From positions 24,919 through 88,918 of the forward strand of contig DATJLQ010000096.1 in the NCBI GenBank assembly GCA_035509415.1: DNA of 64,000 nucleotides, in the 5' to 3' direction. The position numbers and the translations under genes were made by a program. The stretch comes from Alphaproteobacteria bacterium (GTDB lineage: Bacteria; Pseudomonadota; Alphaproteobacteria; JACZXZ01). Below are positions 57,715 through 64,000 of the stretch, piece by piece (the first letter of the stretch is position 1; each line of letters starts with the position of its first letter). Below the pieces are notes generated by a model. It was not told where the DNA came from, made no database searches, and worked only from the letters and a program-made list of their open reading frames with translations.

Positions 57715-58559
57715 GCGGGGTCGCGCTCGCCCGCGCGCGCAGCCTCGAGGAAGCGCTCGAGCTTCTCGCGGCCGATCCCGAGGCCAGGCCGCTCGCGGGC
57801 GGCGCCTCGCTGGTCGCGATGATGAATGCGGGCCTCGTCGCCCCCACCACACTGGTGAGCTTGCGCGACGTCGAAGCTCTCCGCGGCATCCGCCCGCGCG
57901 AAGACGGCACGGTCCGCATTGGCGCCATGACGCGCCACTGCGAGAGTGCCGCGGCGGCCGAGCTCTCGGGCACGCTGGCGACCTTGCGCGCGGCGGCGCG
58001 CCGCATCGCCAATCCGGTCGTGCGCAACATGGGTACCATCGGAGGCTCGATCGCGCTCTCCGACCCGGGCGCCGATTATCCGCCCGCCCTCGTGGCCCTC
58101 GATGCCGAGATCGAGATCGCGTCCCTTACCGGCGCCCGGCGCGTCCCGGCACGCGCGTTCTTCGTCGACTGGTACGCGACCGCGCTCGAGCCCGGCGAGC
58201 TCGTGACGGCGATCCATCTGCCGGCGCCCCGGCCCGGGATCGGGATCTACCGCAAGCTCGCGCGCGTCGCGGGCGATTTCGCGACCGTCTCGGTCGCCCT
58301 GAGCGCCGGCGAGGATGGTCGCGTCTCGGTCGCGATCGGCGGCTCTGGGCCGGCTCCGGTCGTGAGCGACGAGGCGAACGAATTGCTTTCCGAGACGCTC
58401 GACGATCCGCGCGCCGTCGCGCGCGCGGGCGAGAGCTTGGCGGCGCGATCCGATCCGGTCGACGACGTGCGCGCGAGTGCGGCGTATCGCCGGCGCGTCA
58501 TCCCACGCCTTCTCGCCGAGGTCGCCCGGGCCGCGCGTCTGCAAGGCGCCGCGGCGTGA
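57711..58559 (+). CDS. molybdenum hydroxylase FAD-binding medium subunit (second set)
   Basis: 282 aa; ATGA overlap with the CoxG-like gene's stop; AGGASLVAMMN...GTIGGSIA. Confidence 0.85.
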   Translation: MSGVALARARSLEEALELLAADPEARPLAGGASLVAMMNAGLVAPTTLVSLRDVEALRGIRPREDGTVRIGAMTRHCESAAAAELSGTLATLRAAARRIANPVVRNMGTIGGSIALSDPGADYPPALVALDAEIEIASLTGARRVPARAFFVDWYATALEPGELVTAIHLPAPRPGIGIYRKLARVAGDFATVSVALSAGEDGRVSVAIGGSGPAPVVSDEANELLSETLDDPRAVARAGESLAARSDPVDDVRASAAYRRRVIPRLLAEVARAARLQGAAA

Positions 58560-59023
58560 GCGCCTTCATTCTCAACGTCAACGGGTCGCAGCGCCAGGTC
58601 GAGGCCGCGGGCGACGCGACCCTGCTCACGGTGTTGCGCGACGGGCTCGAGCTCACCGGCGCGAAGCGCGGCTGCAACCAAGGTGTGTGCGGCGCCTGCA
58701 CGGTGGCGCTCGACGGCGCGCCGGTGCGCGCCTGTCTTTCGATCGCGGCCAATTGCGAGGGCCAGGAGATCGTGACCGTCGAGGGCCTCGCGCGCGACCC
58801 GATCGGTGCCGCGCTCCGGAAATCCTTCGCCGAGTGTGGCGCCGTGCAGTGCGGCTTCTGCACGCCCGGCATGTTGATGGCGGCACGGCGCCTCCTCGCC
58901 GATGGCCTGCGGCCCGACACGGACCAAATCCGCGCCGGTCTTTCGGGCAACCTGTGCCGCTGCTCGGGCTATCGCAAGATCGTCGACGCGGTGCATCGCG
59001 CGGCGGAGGCGTTGGCCCCATGA
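58556..59023 (+). CDS. molybdenum hydroxylase [2Fe-2S] small subunit (second set)
   Basis: GTG start overlapping the medium-subunit stop (GTGA); CNQGVCGACTV and CGFCTPG...CRCSGY. Confidence 0.82.
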   Translation: MSAFILNVNGSQRQVEAAGDATLLTVLRDGLELTGAKRGCNQGVCGACTVALDGAPVRACLSIAANCEGQEIVTVEGLARDPIGAALRKSFAECGAVQCGFCTPGMLMAARRLLADGLRPDTDQIRAGLSGNLCRCSGYRKIVDAVHRAAEALAP

Positions 59024-61344
59024 GCGTCGCCGGTCTCGGCCAGCGCCTGCCGCGCCTCGAGGTCGCCGAGAAGCTCGCCGGCCGGGCACAGTACATCGCC
59101 GATCTCAGCCGGCCCGGCATGCTCCATGGCGCGATCCTCGGCTCGCCCCATGCGCATGCGCGCATCAAGGGCTACGACACCGCGGCCGCGTGCGCGATGC
59201 CGGGCGTCCACGCTGTCCTCACCGGCGCCGATTTCCCCGACGGCCGCATGGGAGCCTTCATCAAGGACGAGCACGCGATCGCGAAGGACAAGGTGCGCTA
59301 TCTGGGCGAGCCGGTGGCCGCGGTCGCGGCCGAAACGGAAGCCGCGGCGCGCGCCGCGGCGCAGGCCATCATCGTCGAATACGAGGAATTGCCGTCGATT
59401 CTCACGCCCGAGGCGGCGCTCGAGCCCGGGGCAGCCGTGATCCACGAGGAGCTCGCCGGCTATTTCAAGGTGTTCGACGCGGGAAGCGAGGGGAACGTCT
59501 GCTCGCGTACTTTCTTCTCCGAGGGCGACGTGGAGGCAGCCTGGGCCGACTGCGACCTCGTGCTCGAGGACCGCTACGAGACCCCGCCCCAGGCCCATGT
59601 CGCGATCGAGCCTTGCGGTGCCCTCGCCGAAGTCGACGCCCAGGGACGCGTGACGCTCTGGTCCGCCAACCAGTCGGTGTTCCGGGTCCAGGCGAATGTC
59701 TGCGAGAGCCTGAAGCTGCCGATGACGCGCCTGCGCTCCCTGACGCCGCGTGTCGGCGGCGGGTTCGGCAACAAGATGGAGCCGCACATCCAACCCATCG
59801 CCGTGCAACTGGCGCTCGCGACCGGCCGACCGGTCAAGCTGATCCTCAGCCGCGAGGAGGATTTCGAGATCGTGCGCGCGCGCCACCCCTTCAAGCTCCG
59901 GGTCAAGACCGGCGCCAAGAAGGACGGCACCTTCGTCGCGCGCGAGGTCGAGGTGCTGCTCGACGGCGGCGCCTACGCCGACGACAGCCCGGGCGTGCTC
60001 GGCTACAGCCTCCTCATGTCGCGCGGGCCCTACCGGTTTCCGCACGCGAAGGCGCACGGCACCCTCGTCTATACCAACAAGCTGCGCTTCGGCGCCTTCC
60101 GCGGCTTCGGCCAGCCCCAGGTTCAGTTCGGCGCCGAGCAGCAGATCGACGAGATCGCGCGCTGTCTCGGCATCGACCCATTCGACATTCGGCGCATGAA
60201 CGCGCTCGCACCCGGCGATCCCTGGTTCGGCGGCGCGCGCGTCGGCTCGAACGGCCTCGGCCAGTGCCTCGATGCGGTCGAGACGGCGAGCGGGTGGAAG
60301 GACCGAGCGGCGCGCAAATCGAAACCCGGCAAGCGCCGCGCCATGGGCGTGGCGGCCAGCGCGCATATTTCGGGGCTGCTCGGAACCGGTGCCATCGTCC
60401 GCATGCTCGAGGACGGCACGATCGTTCTCAATACCGGGGCCGTCGACATTGGCCAGGGGTCGGATACGGTCCTCACCCAGCTCGTGTGCGAGACGCTCAA
60501 GCTGCCGCTCGAGCGCGTCTCGATCGCGAGCCCGGACACCGACGGCTCGCCCTTCAATTGGGGCACGACCGCAAGCCGCGTCACCTTCACGACCGGCCGC
60601 TCCGTGGTCGGCGCCGCGCGCGAGGTCGAGACGCGCATTCTCGAGCACGCGGCCGAGATCTTCGAATGCGCGGCCCAGGATGTCGAGCTGCGCGACGGCG
60701 GCCGGGTCGGCATCAAGGGCGTGGCCGGGAAGGAGCTGCCCTTCGCCGCGATCGCGGCGCGCGCGCATTGGGCCAAGGGAGGCCCGATCGTGGGCACCCA
60801 TAGCTGGGTCTACGACCAGAAGACCATCGACCCGAAGCGCGCGGTCGCGCGCGGCGTGCCGTTCCCGCAAATCGGTGCTTTCGCGTTCGGCGCCATTGCG
60901 GTCGAGCTCGAGGTCGACGAGGCGACCGGCGAGGTCGAGCCGCTCGAGGCCTGGTCCGCGGTCGATGTGGGAAAGGCGATCAACCCGCAGGCGGTCGAGG
61001 GTCAGATCGAGGGCGCCTTCGCCCAGGGGCTTGGCTTCGCGCTCTCGGAGGAGATGGTGTGGGACGGCGCGCGCCTCGCGAACCCGACCATGATGGACTA
61101 CAAGATCCCGACCGCGCTCGACGTGCCCTATGGCATCCATTCGATCATCGTCGAAGCGCCCGATCCGGACGGTCCCTTCGGCGCCAAGGGTTGCGGCGAG
61201 ATCGGCATCAACGGCGTCGCGGCCGCGGTCGCGAACGCGGTCGCGGCGGCGATCGGCAGGCGCCTCCATAGGTTGCCGCTCAAGCCCGAGCGCGTGCTCG
61301 CGGCCCTGCTCGGCGACGAGCACGGCGATGGCGCGGGCGATTGA
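59020..61344 (+). CDS. molybdenum hydroxylase large subunit, XDH/aldehyde-oxidase family (second set)
   Basis: 774 aa. Loop GAFRGFGQPQ is not the CODH type. ATGA overlap with the small subunit. Confidence 0.88.
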   Translation: MSVAGLGQRLPRLEVAEKLAGRAQYIADLSRPGMLHGAILGSPHAHARIKGYDTAAACAMPGVHAVLTGADFPDGRMGAFIKDEHAIAKDKVRYLGEPVAAVAAETEAAARAAAQAIIVEYEELPSILTPEAALEPGAAVIHEELAGYFKVFDAGSEGNVCSRTFFSEGDVEAAWADCDLVLEDRYETPPQAHVAIEPCGALAEVDAQGRVTLWSANQSVFRVQANVCESLKLPMTRLRSLTPRVGGGFGNKMEPHIQPIAVQLALATGRPVKLILSREEDFEIVRARHPFKLRVKTGAKKDGTFVAREVEVLLDGGAYADDSPGVLGYSLLMSRGPYRFPHAKAHGTLVYTNKLRFGAFRGFGQPQVQFGAEQQIDEIARCLGIDPFDIRRMNALAPGDPWFGGARVGSNGLGQCLDAVETASGWKDRAARKSKPGKRRAMGVAASAHISGLLGTGAIVRMLEDGTIVLNTGAVDIGQGSDTVLTQLVCETLKLPLERVSIASPDTDGSPFNWGTTASRVTFTTGRSVVGAAREVETRILEHAAEIFECAAQDVELRDGGRVGIKGVAGKELPFAAIAARAHWAKGGPIVGTHSWVYDQKTIDPKRAVARGVPFPQIGAFAFGAIAVELEVDEATGEVEPLEAWSAVDVGKAINPQAVEGQIEGAFAQGLGFALSEEMVWDGARLANPTMMDYKIPTALDVPYGIHSIIVEAPDPDGPFGAKGCGEIGINGVAAAVANAVAAAIGRRLHRLPLKPERVLAALLGDEHGDGAGD

Positions 61345-61348
61345 GGCA

Positions 61349-62176
61349 ATGCGCGAGTCCGACTACCCGCCCCAGGAGCCGCTCTCGGACTTTGCCCGTC
61401 CCTACCGGGACGCGTGCGTCGAGCGCTCCACGGGCATCTCGTTCGACGAGATCGCCTATGGCGACGATCCCTATCAGCGCGTCGCGATCTATCCCGCGCC
61501 GCGGCCGAACGGGACCGTGCTCGCCTTCGTCCATGGCGGCGGCTGGACCAGCGGATACAAGGAGTGGATGGGCTTCATGGCGCCGGCGCTCGCGACGCAA
61601 GGCGTTCTGTTCGCCTCGATCGGCTATCGCCTGGCGCCCGCGCACGTCTTTCCCACAGGCCTCGACGATGTCGCGGCGGCGATCGCGGCGATCGAAAAGT
61701 CGGCGTCGCGCTGGGGCGGCGACGGGCGACGGCTCTTCATCGGCGGCCATTCGGCGGGCGGTCATTACACGTCGCTGCTCGCGGTGCGCCGCGATTGGCA
61801 GAGCCTCCACGGCTTGCCCCACGACGCGATCCGGGGCTGTCTTCCGATCTCGGGCGTATACCGTTTCGGCGCGGGCTCGGGCCTCTCGATGCGACCGCGC
61901 TTCCTCGGGCCCGAGAGCGCGGCGCTCGAGCGCGCGGCGAGCCCGATTCTCAATATCCAGGGCACGCCGCCGCCGTTTTTGATCGCCCACGGCGACAGGG
62001 ACTTCCCTCATCTCGTAACCCAGGCCGTCGAGATGGAGGCGGCGCTACGCGCGGCTGGAGGCGCGGTCGAGCGGCTCGTGCTCGCGGGCTGCGACCATCT
62101 CGGCGCGAGCCTCGCGGCGGGCGACGCGAACGGGCCGTGGGTCCCGCGCGCCGCCGACTTCATGGCGCGACATTAG
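61349..62176 (+). CDS. alpha/beta-hydrolase (HGGGW / GHSAG esterase-type)
   Basis: Paralogous in motif layout to the hydrolase at 55020. Alternative start at 61328 would overlap the large-subunit gene by 17 nt. Confidence 0.72.
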   Translation: MRESDYPPQEPLSDFARPYRDACVERSTGISFDEIAYGDDPYQRVAIYPAPRPNGTVLAFVHGGGWTSGYKEWMGFMAPALATQGVLFASIGYRLAPAHVFPTGLDDVAAAIAAIEKSASRWGGDGRRLFIGGHSAGGHYTSLLAVRRDWQSLHGLPHDAIRGCLPISGVYRFGAGSGLSMRPRFLGPESAALERAASPILNIQGTPPPFLIAHGDRDFPHLVTQAVEMEAALRAAGGAVERLVLAGCDHLGASLAAGDANGPWVPRAADFMARH

Positions 62177-62793
62177 GGCCGCGCGCCGTCCTTCCCGAGG
62201 ATCAGGTCGCACATCGCCTCGATCGTCGCGTCGGGGCAGACGCGCTCGGGCGCGAGGTGAGCCTGCATGACGAAGCCGTCATAGGCCATCATCAGCACGT
62301 GGGCGAAACCGCTTGCTGCGAGCTTCCGATAGCGCGCGGGCGGCACCGCGTCCTTGATCATTGCCTCGATGCGCGCCTCGACCCAGGCGAGCAGCTCGGG
62401 GCGGTAGCGATCCGGCCGGCCGAGCGTGCTCAGCGCCTGCATGAGATTGTTGGTGAAGCCGTTATCCTCGCGCGGCAGGTCGCGCCAGAGCGCCTCGAGG
62501 AGGCGCCGAAGCCGCGCGCGCGGCTCGGGCACGCGCGCGACCGCGCCCTCGAGACGCGCGATGCGCGCGCGCAGCCAGGGCTCGAAGAGATGGGAGAGGA
62601 TGTCGAATTTCGAGTCGAAATAATTATAGAGATTGGCCTCGGCGATGTGCGCGCCGGCCGCGACCTGGGCCGTGGTGGTCGCGACGTATCCCTTGCGCTT
62701 GAAGAGGCGATAGGCGCTCTTGAGGATCGCCTCCCGCACTTCGGTCTTCTTGGTCTGCGCCACGGGGCCCCCGTCGGCAAAAGCGAGCGGCAC
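62173..62793 (-). CDS. TetR-family transcriptional regulator
   Basis: HTH TTAQVAAGAHIAEANLYNYFDSKFDIL. Convergent 4-nt overlap with the hydrolase. Confidence 0.8.
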   Translation of the reverse strand: MPLAFADGGPVAQTKKTEVREAILKSAYRLFKRKGYVATTTAQVAAGAHIAEANLYNYFDSKFDILSHLFEPWLRARIARLEGAVARVPEPRARLRRLLEALWRDLPREDNGFTNNLMQALSTLGRPDRYRPELLAWVEARIEAMIKDAVPPARYRKLAASGFAHVLMMAYDGFVMQAHLAPERVCPDATIEAMCDLILGKDGARP

Positions 62794-62851
62794 TCGCCGT
62801 CGGCCGCGAGATTAGCATGGCGGCGCGCACGGCGTCGCGGCGCGCAGGCGC

Positions 62852-64000
62852 TCAGGACGCGGGCTCGGGCTCCCAGTCGGGTGCGGTGAGCCGGCGCTTC
62901 CCGTCCGGCGTGAGGGCCATGCCCGGGCGCTTCAGGTCTTCCTTGTCCCAGAGCTGGCAGGTGACCGGCTTGTGCTTCTGGTCGAGGCCCTCGCAATAAT
63001 TCGTGTATTCGCAGAGGCGGATCTCCGCGCCGCGGCCGAGGGCGAGCTTCCGGAACCAATCCGGATCGGCGAGCGTCTGGCGCGCGGCACCCACGATGTC
63101 GCACACGCCGTCGGCGAGCATGGCCTCGGCCATGTCGAAATTATGCACGCCGCCGGTGCACACCACGGGCGTCTCGAAGCCCTCCGCGCGCAGCGCCGCG
63201 CGGATCGCTTGGGTCGCGTCGCGATTGCGTCCGAAGGGCCCGCGCGCGTCGGAGATGTACTGCGGCATGCATTCGTAGCCGCTCGGGCCCGTATAGGGAT
63301 AGGCGGCCCAGCCGACGGCCGGCTGCTTCGCGTCGTCGAACTTGCCGCCGCGCGAGGTCGAGAGGAAATCCATGCCCGCGCGCGCGAAGGCGACGCCGAA
63401 GAAGCGCGCATCCTCGACGTCGCTGCCGCCCGGGACGCATTCCTCGGCAAGAAAGCGGCAGCCGACCGCGAAATCGGCGCCGACCCGCGCGCGTACCGCC
63501 TGGTAGACCTCGAGCGGCAGGCGCGCACGCCGCTCCCGCGCGCCGCCGTAGCCGTCGTCGCGCGTGTTGGTGCGCGAGAGGAAGGACGCCATCGTGTAGG
63601 CATGGGCGTAATGGAGCTCGACGCCGTCGAAGCCCGCTTCCGACGCGTGCGCGGCCGCGTCGGCGAAAAGATCCGGCAGCACCGCGGGCAGCGCCCGGAT
63701 ATGATCGAGGTGCATGTCGGTTACGCGCTCGCGCAGTCCGTAGTCGAGCGCCTCGAGCTCGGAGGGTGAAAGCACGCGCACGAGCGCGTCGCGGCCGAGG
63801 GACGCGAGGCGCGCGCGCACGAGAGCCTCGTCGGCGCCCGCCATGCCGAGAGCCGCGCGATGCGCATCCGAAATCGCGAGGTATTGGGCGAAGAACCTCG
63901 CGGGCTCGGGCCGGCGTCGAATCGAGAGAAAGTCGATGAGCTGGATGAAGAGGCGCGTCTCGCCGCCGCTCGCAGCGCGCACCGTCTCGACCAGTCGCTT
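62852..64000 (-). CDS. Old-Yellow-Enzyme family NADH:flavin oxidoreductase, N-terminus beyond window end
   Basis: FIQLIDFLSIRRR aligns with the OYE QLxHxGR region, and AGFDGVELHYAHAYTMASFLSRTNTRDDGYGG is an OYE hallmark. The usual roughly 60 N-terminal residues are missing, so the ATG at 63982 in the track is probably internal. Confidence 0.72.
   Translation of the reverse strand, partial: KRLVETVRAASGGETRLFIQLIDFLSIRRRPEPARFFAQYLAISDAHRAALGMAGADEALVRARLASLGRDALVRVLSPSELEALDYGLRERVTDMHLDHIRALPAVLPDLFADAAAHASEAGFDGVELHYAHAYTMASFLSRTNTRDDGYGGARERRARLPLEVYQAVRARVGADFAVGCRFLAEECVPGGSDVEDARFFGVAFARAGMDFLSTSRGGKFDDAKQPAVGWAAYPYTGPSGYECMPQYISDARGPFGRNRDATQAIRAALRAEGFETPVVCTGGVHNFDMAEAMLADGVCDIVGAARQTLADPDWFRKLALGRGAEIRLCEYTNYCEGLDQKHKPVTCQLWDKEDLKRPGMALTPDGKRRLTAPDWEPEPAS

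Overview
High-GC (~68-70%) bacterial chromosomal segment, probably proteobacterial, densely packed with catabolic operons. Most genes are tightly packed with ATGA/GTGA start-stop overlaps. No rRNA, tRNA, CRISPR array, transposase or integrase was recognised.

Gene content, end to end:

1. 1..11154, minus strand. A cyclic-amide (hydantoin / dihydropyrimidine) module inside a PotABCD-type ABC importer operon: M20 N-carbamoyl-amino-acid amidohydrolase (partial, missing from the ORF track), D-hydantoinase/dihydropyrimidinase, PLP Cys/Met-family lyase, acyl-CoA dehydrogenase, ATPase, NDP-forming acyl-CoA synthetase, SBP and two permeases. An IclR regulator lies just upstream.

2. 12373..20927, minus strand. 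BisC/TorA-family molybdopterin oxidoreductase, TRAP transporter DctPQM, a LeuC/LeuD-like hydro-lyase pair, an RraA-family (HMG/CHA-aldolase-like) protein and an IclR regulator.

3. 21238..22974, plus strand. An unusual single ORF fusing a complete IclR regulator to a complete TAXI-family (TRAP-associated) solute-binding domain.

4. 22994..27136, minus strand. A second PotABCD-type ABC importer, next to a divergent pair of ATP-dependent hydantoinase/oxoprolinase-family genes (hyuB/hyuA, 27178..31140).

5. 31253..37222, plus strand. A Rieske ring-hydroxylating oxygenase (alpha/beta) fused into one operon with a second hyuB/hyuA pair.

6. 37623..41424, minus strand: indolepyruvate:ferredoxin oxidoreductase IorAB. 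Divergent from it on the plus strand (41546..43801): a VOC/glyoxalase protein, a DUF1989 protein and an enolase-superfamily enzyme.

7. 43771..46380, minus strand. A TetR regulator and a second Rieske alpha/beta oxygenase.

8. 46666..62176, plus strand. A roughly 15.5 kb co-directional array: XDH-family molybdenum hydroxylase set 1 (M-S-L, non-CODH active-site loop), LivKHMGF ABC importer, alpha/beta hydrolase, a NicX-like protein, a CoxG-like SRPBCC protein, XDH-family set 2 (M-S-L) and a second alpha/beta hydrolase. This resembles nicotinate/picolinate-type N-heterocycle catabolism.

9. 62173..64000, minus strand. A TetR regulator and an Old-Yellow-Enzyme flavin oxidoreductase that is N-terminally truncated by the window edge.

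Several near-perfect palindromes sit in divergent or upstream intergenic regions and are candidate operators.

The most unusual items:
- the IclR-TAXI one-component regulator;
- the Rieske oxygenase plus HyuBA (ATP-dependent lactamase/carboxylase family) operon, with a second HyuAB pair divergent from it and no dedicated electron-transfer partner in the window;
- the overall impression of a large, previously uncharacterised island for N-heterocycle / cyclic-amide degradation.

All product assignments are family-level recognition from the translated sequences; no database search was run.
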